Source: a virus
Strand: one strand, 5' to 3'
IMG/VR virus record: IMGVR_UViG_3300045988_170206
Location: 64,001 to 128,000 of that record
Length of the DNA stretch: 64,000 nt
Both the position numbers and the translations under genes were made by a program. Below are positions 16,555 through 25,845 of the stretch, in pieces (position 1 is the stretch's first letter; each line of letters opens with the position of its first letter). A model generated the notes under the pieces. The model saw nothing but the letters and a program-made list of their open reading frames with translations. It did no database searches and was not told where the DNA came from.

Positions 16555-17520
16555 TCAGTCGCCGATCAGGGAACCATCAGCACCGATACGCGCCGTGAGT
16601 TTGTAGGTGTAGCCCCACTTGTACTCCTTTTCCTTGTAGCCGAGGTCGTGAAGCAGCTGCATCCACGACTCGTAGCCGCCCTTGGTGAGAGCGTCACGGA
16701 AACGCTCCAGATCATCCTCTGCGAGCTCAGGCGAAACCTCAACACGCTCAACGCTTGGGAGGATGGGCTCTCGCTCACCAAACGCGCCCAGAACATACGG
16801 CTCCGCACTGTAGATGACTGTCACTTCATGCTCGCCGGAGTCGAGTCCAAACTCAGACAGACGCTCCTTCAACGTGAACCGCTCGCGAGGCTTCCAGCCC
16901 TCGCAACGGTCCAGGCGCTCGCTCAGGTCGCGCACGGCAGCAAGCATCGGACGCGACGCTGCGATGGTCAATGCAGCAAGCTCGAGCGGCACGATGAACC
17001 GATCATCTTCCTCTTCGGCGGGCTTGACGTACTCGAACTCTGCGCCACAGCAGTCAAAGCCGATAGGCGCACTGAATCGCCGCTCCTGCGTAGCATCAGG
17101 GGTCACGGGAACCCGCAGAACAGCAACAACCTCCTCGCCCTTGTTGTACTTGTCGTCAAAAGTCCACGTGAGGACCAGAACACCACCACGCAAGGCAGCT
17201 GAAACGCTGCGAAGAGGTCCAGCGGCAAACGTCACGTCAGACTCCTCGTTGAGATCTACCTCAAAGCACTGAGCGAAGGTCCGCGCAGCGCCCCTGTGAG
17301 AATCTGTTGCGATCAAGCAGTCCACAGCGATATGCGCATAGAGCCTAGGGTTCCCTGACTCAATAGCTCGTTCGACATCGTGCTTGAGGAAGTTCTCGAA
17401 CCAAGTCCGAGCCTTCGCGAAGTCAGGGTGCGCCTTCTCGTAGGCGATGTAGTACTCCTGCTGAGCGGTCTCGAACCTGTCGTGAGCTTCCTTGAGGCTG
17501 GCGGGGGTGTAGGTGGACAT
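16555..17520 (-). CDS. hypothetical protein (321 aa)
   Basis: Long minus-strand ORF with ordinary composition. It ends at the bidirectional terminator. Confidence 0.7.
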   Translation of the reverse strand: MSTYTPASLKEAHDRFETAQQEYYIAYEKAHPDFAKARTWFENFLKHDVERAIESGNPRLYAHIAVDCLIATDSHRGAARTFAQCFEVDLNEESDVTFAAGPLRSVSAALRGGVLVLTWTFDDKYNKGEEVVAVLRVPVTPDATQERRFSAPIGFDCCGAEFEYVKPAEEEDDRFIVPLELAALTIAASRPMLAAVRDLSERLDRCEGWKPRERFTLKERLSEFGLDSGEHEVTVIYSAEPYVLGAFGEREPILPSVERVEVSPELAEDDLERFRDALTKGGYESWMQLLHDLGYKEKEYKWGYTYKLTARIGADGSLIGD

Positions 17521-17555
17521 TGCGGGGCTCCTGACGTTCTGGGTAGTAGGGGGTG

Positions 17556-17723
17556 TTAGCGGTGGTTGAGTCTCGAGCTTCGAGCTGTCACCCGTCGCCT
17601 GTCGGCTTTTGACGCGCGCCGCTTGGAGGAGGGTGCGTAGGTGAACATGAAGACGATGGCGGGGAGTGAACCCAGCACAGGGGCGAGCACTGCAATGAGG
17701 GCAATCGAGCTGGCAAGTGACAT
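17556..17723 (-). CDS. small membrane protein (55 aa)
   Basis: MSLASSIALIAVLAPVLGSLPAIVFMFTYAPSSKRR... AGGGAGG lies 6 nt upstream of the ATG at 17723. ORF 17556..17786 was trimmed accordingly. Confidence 0.5.
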   Translation of the reverse strand: MSLASSIALIAVLAPVLGSLPAIVFMFTYAPSSKRRASKADRRRVTARSSRLNHR

Positions 17724-17857
17724 GTGGGGCCTCCCTTTCTCACATATCCACAGGAGTTGTGAACAAGACTGAGTGTAGCATCCCAAAATGGAGTACGCAA
17801 GTAGGGTAGTAGTCCAACATGGGGACGAGAGAAAGCCTCCCGCCCCTACGCGCGCAT

Positions 17858-18043
17858 CTATCGGCCAATCGCTGCCCGATCACCACCAACACGCTGCCGA
17901 CCAGGAGTTCCCACACCGCTCTGATAGCCGTCCACTTCGCCCCGGCTCACGCCGTTACGGTAGAGCGTCATCCGACTCTTGCTGACACGTTGGTTCGGGA
18001 ACGCCTCATTGATGCGACGCTCAGCACGCGAAGCCCTCCCCAT
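17858..18043 (-). CDS. possible small basic HTH protein (61 aa)
   Basis: Internal ATG of ORF 17858..18229, preceded by GAAGGAG at ~9 nt. RVSKSRMTLYRNGV is reminiscent of resolvase/transposase-type HTH recognition helices. Third-position GC is only moderate. Confidence 0.35.
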   Translation of the reverse strand: MGRASRAERRINEAFPNQRVSKSRMTLYRNGVSRGEVDGYQSGVGTPGRQRVGGDRAAIGR

Positions 18044-18277
18044 GGCCACCAGCTCCTTCGACGTTCCCAATGCTCCATCTCTCACAGCTGCGCGAACTCG
18101 AGCGCAGACAGATACAGAGTAACAACGCACACAACAAGCAACCTGTAGCAGCAGGCCAATACACAGCCCCCTCCACGCCTTACGCCGCAGGAGTCTAAGT
18201 TGGATTACATGGCTTGCGCGACCGTCCAACCTAGACTACAGTCTAACCCAAGGAACTCAGAAAGAAAGAAGGCCGTC

Positions 18278-18748
18278 ATGCTCACCCGGAAAATAATCGC
18301 CATCGGTGCACGCTCCAACCTCGCCGAGGTAACTATCTTCGACAGCAATGAAGTTGTCGAATACCTCAAACAGCGCGACTGGTATCTCCCCAGTGAGTCC
18401 TTCATTAAGATCGCGCCAGACGAATACTGCCTGATCGATAATTTAGCAATCATGCCCGGCATGGATGTCGTTGATGAACAGCGTACCCGTGAGCGGATCG
18501 CAGCCAAAACCGCAGGGCTAAAAGAGTTGCAAAAACGTAAGCGCCATGCAGCTATCATGAGTATGATCCTCGCAGTAGGGATCGCAATGGTGCTCGCATA
18601 TCTGATGCTAAGTACAACTGAAAGTTGGGACCATATGACCACAAAAGAAAGCGTACTTACTTTCGTAATGGCATTTTTTACCTTCTTCCCTTTCGTTGGG
18701 ATCGGCGTCCTGGCAGTAATTGACTTGAAAGGAGGGTGTCATGACTGA
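18278..18748 (+). CDS. hypothetical protein with C-terminal double TM (156 aa)
   Basis: ATG at 18278 after GAAAGAAGG. The C-terminal hydrophobic segments are ILAVGIAMVLAYLML and FVMAFFTFFPFVGIGVLAVI. It lies in a visibly AT-richer islet. Confidence 0.6.
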   Translation: MLTRKIIAIGARSNLAEVTIFDSNEVVEYLKQRDWYLPSESFIKIAPDEYCLIDNLAIMPGMDVVDEQRTRERIAAKTAGLKELQKRKRHAAIMSMILAVGIAMVLAYLMLSTTESWDHMTTKESVLTFVMAFFTFFPFVGIGVLAVIDLKGGCHD

Positions 18749-19052
18749 GGAAGAAACACCCATGGAATGCTTGATTAAGTCTCTGGTGACGGTGGTTCAA
18801 GTCATCGTTATTGCTACCTTGCTCGGTGTGTTTTTCGGAGCGTCAGCTGTTTTCGCGTACAAGGGCACGCTCGTCGCGATTGACGAGTTTGGGTTCACGC
18901 CTGTATGTGTTGCAGCCTTCGTCACCTTCGGATTCCTGGCGGCTGCGGTTCAAGAATGGAAGGAGTCGAGGTGCAAGCAGAGCGACGCTCAACACTCGAG
19001 AGGCGAAGGCCCGGCAGAAAACGACAACCGCCCCACCAAGGATGAGAACTGA
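18741..19052 (+). CDS. small membrane protein (103 aa)
   Basis: 8-nt overlap with the previous gene. It has two hydrophobic segments. Confidence 0.55.
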   Translation: MTEEETPMECLIKSLVTVVQVIVIATLLGVFFGASAVFAYKGTLVAIDEFGFTPVCVAAFVTFGFLAAAVQEWKESRCKQSDAQHSRGEGPAENDNRPTKDEN

Positions 19053-19053
19053 C

Positions 19054-19773
19054 ATGTACCTACAGACCGACCATACGTGCAGCATCGCCGACCTGTACGC
19101 CAGGCGAGACAGTATCGGCTTGTCCCGCAGTGAATGCAAACAGCCTCATCATCACCGCTCCCTGTTTGAGTGGGGGAGGGGTCAGCAAGCCTACTATCTG
19201 AACAATCTCACGCTGAACCTCTCTAGCCCTCCAGTTGTCTACATCTGGGAACCCTCAGACGGGTTTGGTAGGGGCGCTGTCCTGGATGGTCGCCAGCGCC
19301 TCAAAGCATTCTTCTCCTACCTCGATGGCAACTATCGGCGGAGAGAAATTGCCCCTAGTGAATGGGGTGGAAAAGACTTCATCCACCTAGTTGCAAAAGA
19401 CCCATCCCTCGCACAAATACTCCAACAAACCCCAATCCAGGTGGTCACCATCCAAGCTCCCTCCTACTGGGAAGCTGCCATCGCCACCTATCCCCAGATC
19501 TGCGGACACACTCGCGAAACCGTGTCGAATGAGCAGCAGATGCTCATGCACCATCTTGACGCGGGCGACAATATCTTCGGCAGCAGGGACTTCTGCGACC
19601 GAAAAGTAGCGAGCCTGAAAAAGAGCATCAATGGGATCGAGTTCCGCTACGCGGGGCTGCGAGTTCCAGTCCCCCAGCTTTCACCTCGCAACTGCTCAAA
19701 GATCGTAGAGTGGCAGATCAGGGCCACCGAGTTCGTCGCCAGACACCACCACAGAGGAGTCATCCCATGCTGA
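19054..19773 (+). CDS. DUF262 (ParB/Srx-fold, GmrSD N-terminal)-like protein
   Basis: VLDGRQRLKAFFSYLDG resembles the DGQQR signature of DUF262. ORF 18811.. is trimmed to the ATG at 19054, 1 nt after the previous stop. Confidence 0.4.
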   Translation: MYLQTDHTCSIADLYARRDSIGLSRSECKQPHHHRSLFEWGRGQQAYYLNNLTLNLSSPPVVYIWEPSDGFGRGAVLDGRQRLKAFFSYLDGNYRRREIAPSEWGGKDFIHLVAKDPSLAQILQQTPIQVVTIQAPSYWEAAIATYPQICGHTRETVSNEQQMLMHHLDAGDNIFGSRDFCDRKVASLKKSINGIEFRYAGLRVPVPQLSPRNCSKIVEWQIRATEFVARHHHRGVIPC

Positions 19774-20309
19774 GCACATTCATTATCCCTGACCCGGCAA
19801 CTGTCCCCGATGACTACGACCTTCCGACAGAGCTCACCGTCCGCGGCCTCCCTACCCGCTGGATCGGTGAGTTCTGCGAGCACACCGGAAACGATGTCCG
19901 CATCGCCTTCTACGACCAGGCCTACGGGTACGACACCGAGGAAGACGGCGGCGACGCGCTCGTATGGAACCCCAACACTCACGAGGTCTGGTACCTGTCC
20001 AGAGGCGACGTAGAAGCCATACAGCGCACCACCCCCGGCACGCCGTTCGCGCACTTAGGCTACTCGTACTACGTCCTCACCGAGGACATGAACCATGACT
20101 TCGACGTGCTCCAGCGTGAAGGGCTCAACTGCCAGATCTGCGCCAGCCACCTCGACGGAACCGACATGGAACCAGCCATCGACATCCTGGACCTTTACGG
20201 CGACTTCGGCAATCTCGCCTACCCCGGCGACATGATCGTCTACACCAGCGGAGTACTCTACGAAACGATCCCCGAGGAGGTGGTCAAAGCCGTCAGGTCC
20301 ACGTCCTGA
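19767..20309 (+). CDS. hypothetical protein (180 aa)
   Basis: ATG at 19767, preceded by GAGGAG at 7 nt. It overlaps the previous gene by 7 nt. Confidence 0.6.
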   Translation: MLSTFIIPDPATVPDDYDLPTELTVRGLPTRWIGEFCEHTGNDVRIAFYDQAYGYDTEEDGGDALVWNPNTHEVWYLSRGDVEAIQRTTPGTPFAHLGYSYYVLTEDMNHDFDVLQREGLNCQICASHLDGTDMEPAIDILDLYGDFGNLAYPGDMIVYTSGVLYETIPEEVVKAVRSTS

Positions 20310-20414
20310 CCTCCTCATGTATGAAGCGCTCCTCCCCACTGACCACCAGGGGAGGGGTGCTTCCATATGTGGAGGGTTATCGAAAGTGGGCACCCATTAT
20401 GGACTTGCGCCAAC

Positions 20415-20443
20415 TTGCAGTAGTCCAATATGGGATATAGGCT
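20415..20443 (+). promoter_or_regulatory. candidate sigma-70-type promoter (TTGCAG - 17 nt - TAGGCT) with a GTAGTCCAA box in the spacer
   Basis: Hexamers read by eye 25 nt upstream of the ATG at 20468. The same ATATAGGCT string occurs at the 51.66-kb promoter candidate. Confidence 0.35.
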
Positions 20444-20467
20444 GAGGGGCAGAAAGGAGTCCCCTCT

Positions 20468-20995
20468 ATGGCCGCACGTAAGGCGATTCTTGCCCTCGAC
20501 TTCGACGAGGTGTTCATCCTCGCTCCCGGCACCCCAACCGCGAAAGGGGCATACTCAGATCGTGCCCGCACTCTGGTCACGGTCAAGCTCGACAGCGGAC
20601 TCGTGGGCACGGGGGATGTCTGGTACTCGCCCCGCATGATCGAAGCCCTCAACGTCATCGTCAGCGACTCAGACAAGATTCTCCTCGCCTCATCGTGGGG
20701 CAAAGCGAGCATGAAAGCAGTGAAGGCCGTGGGCCTGCACCTCCCGCGTCGAAAGACCGTCAACCTGTTCCCATACCTCACGCCGGGCACCATCAGCCAG
20801 GAGCGCAAGCTCCGCCGTGCCCACGACCTCATCCTCGACCACCTCACCGACACAGACACCCGCATCGCATGGGTGGACGACCAGCACCCCCGAGGCTACG
20901 GGCAGGTAGACGGTATCAACACTATCGGCACCGACCCCATCACCGGCTTAACCCGAGCTGACCTCGCGCACATCCGCGACGTGCTCTTCTACTGA
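20468..20995 (+). CDS. HAD-superfamily phosphatase-like protein
   Basis: ILALDFDEVF matches HAD motif I (DxDxV), LLASSWG is motif II-like, and IAWVDD is motif IV-like. Confidence 0.45.
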   Translation: MAARKAILALDFDEVFILAPGTPTAKGAYSDRARTLVTVKLDSGLVGTGDVWYSPRMIEALNVIVSDSDKILLASSWGKASMKAVKAVGLHLPRRKTVNLFPYLTPGTISQERKLRRAHDLILDHLTDTDTRIAWVDDQHPRGYGQVDGINTIGTDPITGLTRADLAHIRDVLFY

Positions 20996-21007
20996 AAGGA
21001 ACCACCC

Positions 21008-21727
21008 ATGCCATTGACGCTCAAGTGGGCGAACGGCACCTGCACGGGCGACCTCACGCAGGTCGCGAGCCTCGTTACGGCCATCACCCAGAAGAAGCCC
21101 TGGACACAGACGACACGCAAGCCTGGTGGGCTCATCGTGTGGCAGAAGTGGGACGAGTCGGAGCAACTAATGTCAGTGGGTGACCCCACCATCGCTGACG
21201 ACCTCGCCGACCTCCTCGCCGACCACCTGGGAGTCCCCCAGGACGAGGTGACCATCAAGCCTGACCCGCGTGACTCGTCGCAGCTGACCGCCAGCGAACT
21301 ACGCGCTCGACGACTCCGCGCCCACCTCAGCAAGGCCGATCTCGCTGAGATGTGTGGTGTCAATGCGTACACGGTGCGCAACTGGGAGCAAGGCGTGCGC
21401 ACCGTCATCCCCACCCGACTCCTGCGCGTTTTCCAGCGCCTCGACTCCTACAGGGAGGAAGCCCATACAACAGTCCACGCCGAAGCAGTGCGCCTCGCCG
21501 GAAACGAGGACGCGCTCACGCAGACTGACTTCACCGGCTACGCCGTCTACGCGCCCAACGACCACGCATACGCAACCCTCTGGCCGGACGCTGTAATCAA
21601 CGCCGACATGTGGCGTGATGTCATCATCGAGTGCGGGCGCTTCCGCACCGTTGCAAGCGACTACGAGGCAAGACTCATGGGCCTTAAGCTCATGACCATC
21701 GAACCACCACGAAAGGGCAAGCCATGA
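21008..21727 (+). CDS. protein with a central XRE-family HTH domain (239 aa)
   Basis: LRARRLRAHLSKADLAEMCGVNAYTVRNWEQGVRTVIP is a canonical Cro/C1-type HTH. Confidence 0.7.
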   Translation: MPLTLKWANGTCTGDLTQVASLVTAITQKKPWTQTTRKPGGLIVWQKWDESEQLMSVGDPTIADDLADLLADHLGVPQDEVTIKPDPRDSSQLTASELRARRLRAHLSKADLAEMCGVNAYTVRNWEQGVRTVIPTRLLRVFQRLDSYREEAHTTVHAEAVRLAGNEDALTQTDFTGYAVYAPNDHAYATLWPDAVINADMWRDVIIECGRFRTVASDYEARLMGLKLMTIEPPRKGKP

Positions 21728-22539
21728 GAATCGCGCCAGCGCCACAACAACCAGAGCGGCCCACCCTCGAGACCGCCTGGGTCGAAGACGAGAGCGCCCC
21801 TGCGCCATCGCGTAAGCGCGCCATCATCGTCATCCTCATCGCCGTTGTCGCTCTCATCGCGTCAGGTGTCGCAGCATGGGTGTGGAGCACCCCCCAGCCG
21901 CAAACACCCGCACCCCAGCCTGCGGCTACACAGACGGCACGCGCGTACACGGCCAGCGACTACGAGGAAAACCGCGCAATCTGCCGAGAGATGTACGAGA
22001 CCCGCGACCTCCAGCTCTACTGGTCATGCGTCGTCGGCGACATCCGCCTCGGACAGGAAACAGACCCAGCGGTCCCGCTCACGGATCTGCCACCCGTCCG
22101 CCTAGCACCAAAGGCCAGCCTCGGAGGCCAAACCGACATCGCCTTCGCGCCCGACGCAACCGCGCGATGCTACGCCACCGGCTACTGCCTCACCGACGCA
22201 ACCTTCAACGCGGGCCACACCAACGTCAAGGTCATGTTCACGCGAGGCGACGGCGACATCATGGGCATCTTCGTCCCCACAACAGACGCGTCCACCGTCA
22301 TGACGCAAGAAGTCCTTGCACCCTACATGCCCACCGGAGCCGCCCCGGACCCCACCGTCCACCAGGCGACCCTCAGCCGCATCCACATGGGAGCCGACAC
22401 CCTCGTCGGCTACGTGTTCTCACAGCCCCGCTACTGCGGCGACACGCCCGACGAGTGCTCCGCAAAGTACACGGCCCGCACACCCATCCCCTTCACGGGC
22501 ACCACACACATCACCACCCAAGCCGAAGCCCAGAACTGA
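21724..22539 (+). CDS. single-pass membrane protein (271 aa)
   Basis: ATGA overlap with the previous gene. The TM segment is AIIVILIAVVALIASGVAAWVW, followed by a Cys-containing extracytoplasmic region. Confidence 0.65.
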   Translation: MRIAPAPQQPERPTLETAWVEDESAPAPSRKRAIIVILIAVVALIASGVAAWVWSTPQPQTPAPQPAATQTARAYTASDYEENRAICREMYETRDLQLYWSCVVGDIRLGQETDPAVPLTDLPPVRLAPKASLGGQTDIAFAPDATARCYATGYCLTDATFNAGHTNVKVMFTRGDGDIMGIFVPTTDASTVMTQEVLAPYMPTGAAPDPTVHQATLSRIHMGADTLVGYVFSQPRYCGDTPDECSAKYTARTPIPFTGTTHITTQAEAQN

Positions 22540-22550
22540 GAGAGTCCGTC

Positions 22551-23651
22551 ATGTCAGTCGAGAGAACCACCATCGAGCACTACGCGCCCAGTAGCGACTT
22601 CGCGCGCGTCCTCCAAGGCCGCTACGTCGTGGAGATCGACGAAGAGTTCGACACCATCACTCTCGACGACGGCACGATCCTCGAGGTCGAAGGCAACGAA
22701 GGATGCGGATGGTGCAGGTCAGGCTGGTACGACTTCATCAACGTCTTCAAGCAGGGCGACAGCCACGCGCGCATCATGAGCGCCCACGTCGCCTGCGACA
22801 TCGACGAGGAGAACGACGATGAGGGAGCAGTTGACCCACACGTCTACACCCTGTTCGTCATGGTGGACGGCAACCCAGGGTTCCTGCCTCTCGCGACGAT
22901 CCGCGGCGACGACGGTGCTGGCGGTTACGGCACCGGGTTTAGGATCTTCGCGAACGTCGTTGTCCCTCCGACTTCGGCGACGCGCCAAGACCTAGCCAAC
23001 GCCATAGCAGGAGGCCTCTACCCGCTCAACGACACAACGGAAGATGTGCTCACCTTCGTCGCAGGCATCCTCTACGACGCGCGTGGAGCTAACGTCCCCG
23101 TCCGCATCTGCGGCGATGAGGCAACCCGCTTTCACGTGGACCTTCTGGATATGCGCGACCAGACCGACAAGGAGATCGGCCTGCCCTACAAGCCGTCATT
23201 CCATCACCTCGAGAATGGCCTCACTCTCCTATGGCACAAAGACACGGACGGTAGCTTCACGTTCGTCCTTCGAGACCTGAGAGCCCACACGGGAGGACTC
23301 AGCGTGTATGCGCGAAACCTCAGCGCCTTCCTCAACGCCATCCACGAGCGCGCACAGCACGCCGAAGTCGTCAGGTTTGTAGCCGCATCAGCATCACGCA
23401 ACAACTACCTCACAGTAGACGGCGAACGCATCCCCTCATGCGGTTTCCTCCTGTCGGAACTCGACGGCACCTACATGTACGCCGAACAGGAACGATCTGA
23501 CCAACTCGACAAGCCAAGCCAATACGTCATGAACCAGAAAACCGGCAGAGAAATGCGCTATACCTCAAACCTGCGCACCATCAAGCCACTCGCCGATAAC
23601 GGAGTGATCCTCGTGGCCACAAGCGATACGAAGGACGTGTGGGCGCTCTAA
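22551..23651 (+). CDS. hypothetical protein, paralog family A
   Basis: ORF 21876.. trimmed to the ATG at 22551 (MSVERTTIEHY...), because the upstream part is R/P/H-rich junk overlapping the previous gene. Full-length paralog of 14895..15959. Confidence 0.7.
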   Translation: MSVERTTIEHYAPSSDFARVLQGRYVVEIDEEFDTITLDDGTILEVEGNEGCGWCRSGWYDFINVFKQGDSHARIMSAHVACDIDEENDDEGAVDPHVYTLFVMVDGNPGFLPLATIRGDDGAGGYGTGFRIFANVVVPPTSATRQDLANAIAGGLYPLNDTTEDVLTFVAGILYDARGANVPVRICGDEATRFHVDLLDMRDQTDKEIGLPYKPSFHHLENGLTLLWHKDTDGSFTFVLRDLRAHTGGLSVYARNLSAFLNAIHERAQHAEVVRFVAASASRNNYLTVDGERIPSCGFLLSELDGTYMYAEQERSDQLDKPSQYVMNQKTGREMRYTSNLRTIKPLADNGVILVATSDTKDVWAL

Positions 23652-23725
23652 GCGGCGTTACGTTGCATCCTGCTCATCAGCGGATGCTCACACCGTGAAC
23701 CGTCCGCGCACGAAAGGAAACCGTC

Positions 23726-24889
23726 ATGGCGCTCATCAACAAGGACACGCGCATCGCGCGATACTCAGCCGAAGAAGGCGTGGGCTGGGTGCCCCTCGTC
23801 CCCGGCCTGGAAACATCCCCGTCGTTCGACAAGTACCTGGAAGAAACCGGCTACTACATCAACGACTACAGCGACCGTGATGAAGACAATCTGCTTCGAG
23901 ACTCACTCTTGGACCCTCTGGGCCCCGTGTGGGACGACATGAACGAAGAGTTCCTGCTCGACCTCTACGAGGGCTGGGGCCACATCCCCATGGTCGGCCC
24001 GGACACTCCCGTCTTCGCGTTCGTCGAAGGCAAAGCCCCCACCTCGGCACCACTGTCGAAGGCCATCAGCTCACCCCTGATCGGCGGAGGCGAAACACTC
24101 GCCCTGAAAGTCCTGCACGAAGTCGCTGACAGGCGGAACATCTACGTCCCCAGCGACGCGACCGTGTACGACGTTCTGAACCTCATCAGCATGGCAACAA
24201 ACAGCCCCCTCTGGGCCCTCAACTGCCTCCTACGCGCCCAAAGCAGCCAGAGCGGCAACCAGCTCACACTCGGCTACCACGAGAACCAACGCGAAAGCAG
24301 CTGGATCGCAGCCACCCACAACAGCGGCTACGCCTGCGCCTTCGACCTACTCGACCAAGACCTACGACGCGACTACGGCGTGAACTACGTGATCGTCCCC
24401 GACGACGACCACAACGACTACTTCTACACCAACGCCCAGTACCGCGACAAGAACATGAAAGTCATGCGATACAAGGAAAACGGCGTAGTCGGAGACGCTA
24501 TCGAACTACTCGACCTCGACGGCGGCAACGCATACCCCAACCTCCATGGATGCCAGCCCAAGACACGAATGCCTGAACTCCTGCGTCTCGACAAGTACCT
24601 CGCGACGATGAAAAACCTGCCCCAAGGTACTCAGGTACCCATCGCGATCTACTCCACCAACAAGGGGGACACAATCACGATCAACGGTACACGCATCCCC
24701 GCATTCAAGATCGTCGCCGAAGACCTCTACGAGCGCTGTGAACTCTACGACCGCACCGACTTCCGAGTCATGCGGCAACCCATCCGCTCATACGGTCGCT
24801 TCCAACTGCGCCCACAGTTCGGCAAGCACATCCTCACTCCAACACCCAGCGGGAACGCCGTCCTCGCCCACATCCAGAAGCAACGGTGA
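23726..24889 (+). CDS. hypothetical protein (387 aa) sharing the TINGTRIPA C-module
   Basis: GAAAGGAA SD. The C-terminus (KGDTITINGTRIPAFKIVAEDL...PSGNAVLAHI) resembles the C-termini of 14895, 22551 and 27053. Confidence 0.7.
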   Translation: MALINKDTRIARYSAEEGVGWVPLVPGLETSPSFDKYLEETGYYINDYSDRDEDNLLRDSLLDPLGPVWDDMNEEFLLDLYEGWGHIPMVGPDTPVFAFVEGKAPTSAPLSKAISSPLIGGGETLALKVLHEVADRRNIYVPSDATVYDVLNLISMATNSPLWALNCLLRAQSSQSGNQLTLGYHENQRESSWIAATHNSGYACAFDLLDQDLRRDYGVNYVIVPDDDHNDYFYTNAQYRDKNMKVMRYKENGVVGDAIELLDLDGGNAYPNLHGCQPKTRMPELLRLDKYLATMKNLPQGTQVPIAIYSTNKGDTITINGTRIPAFKIVAEDLYERCELYDRTDFRVMRQPIRSYGRFQLRPQFGKHILTPTPSGNAVLAHIQKQR

Positions 24890-24895
24890 CACCAC

Positions 24896-25825
24896 ATGCG
24901 CATCAACGACAAGTCCCTCTTCCCCTACCGGGGGAAGTACGGTTCGCGCCCACCCCTCAACTTTGGGCGCACCAAAACCCACATGCAAAGCTCCATCGGA
25001 ACCAGCATCCTCCTCACCGACGCATACGACGGCCTCATCGGCCCCGTCTGGATCGCCATTCCCGACCCGGCGTTCAGCGACCCCGAGACGATGCCGGTTC
25101 CCCCCTACAAAATCGCCGTAAACCTACGCGCCCGCGAAGTCATCAACCAGACAGTCACGCCCCAGGTTGAGATCGTGGCCTACGCACGTACACACATGTC
25201 CCCCGCGTCTGCGATGCAGGCCAGCATCGACGCGATTGTTCACTTTCCAGGTGGCGGAGCTGGGCTTGCTGAGGTCACCAAAACACGAGACAATCCCAAC
25301 GGCCCAGGCAAGGTGACACGAACATCGACCCTAAAGCCAGACAGTCACCTCGTCATTGGAGCCAACGAGGTCTGGCCCGTAGACCCGATCCCCGTGCGCA
25401 CATGGTCAGGCCGCAACCCCGTGTACGTCCTCCACGCCGACGACGTGAAGAATATGTCCGACAAGACCCTCGACCTCATCCTCCGACGCACCCCATCCGT
25501 GCTCGCACACAACCGAGGTCGCGAGTACGGTGAAATCTGGGACGAAGAACTCGAACAAGACCCAACCGACTGGGACACCCCGTTCCTCCTACGTATTCTC
25601 GCGCGCAGCATCCCCGGAAACACCAAGGTCGGACGATCAGACACCCAAACCAAAGGCCTGTGGACGTACTGGGTGAGCCGCGACGGGCGCAAGCCCCGTA
25701 AGCTCGCCGACTTCACCAACCCGCTGGTCTACACTGGAGCGACCCTCAGCTTCCTCGCCTGGAGCGTGTACGGAAACCTCGAGGAAGACCTCGCAAGAAA
25801 GACAGAAGACCTGCTCCACCGTTAA
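24896..25825 (+). CDS. hypothetical protein (309 aa)
   Basis: Long ORF with ordinary composition. No motif recognised. Confidence 0.65.
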   Translation: MRINDKSLFPYRGKYGSRPPLNFGRTKTHMQSSIGTSILLTDAYDGLIGPVWIAIPDPAFSDPETMPVPPYKIAVNLRAREVINQTVTPQVEIVAYARTHMSPASAMQASIDAIVHFPGGGAGLAEVTKTRDNPNGPGKVTRTSTLKPDSHLVIGANEVWPVDPIPVRTWSGRNPVYVLHADDVKNMSDKTLDLILRRTPSVLAHNRGREYGEIWDEELEQDPTDWDTPFLLRILARSIPGNTKVGRSDTQTKGLWTYWVSRDGRKPRKLADFTNPLVYTGATLSFLAWSVYGNLEEDLARKTEDLLHR

Positions 25826-25845
25826 CCCCCGAAAGGGAACCCCAC

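Noticed and set aside
17788-18229. Plus-strand ORFs 17788..17985 and 17819..18148, and the full-length 123-aa minus ORF 17858..18229
   Set aside because: Their composition is Pro/Arg/Ser-rich or Cys/Arg/Leu-rich, and none has an SD. I kept only the internal 61-aa minus-strand ORF with a GAAGGAG SD, and that at low confidence.
21876-22550. N-terminal 225 codons of ORF 21876..23651
   Set aside because: The translation is R/P/H-rich and overlaps the well-formed membrane-protein gene 21724..22539 in another frame. The paralog alignment with 14895 begins at the ATG at 22551.
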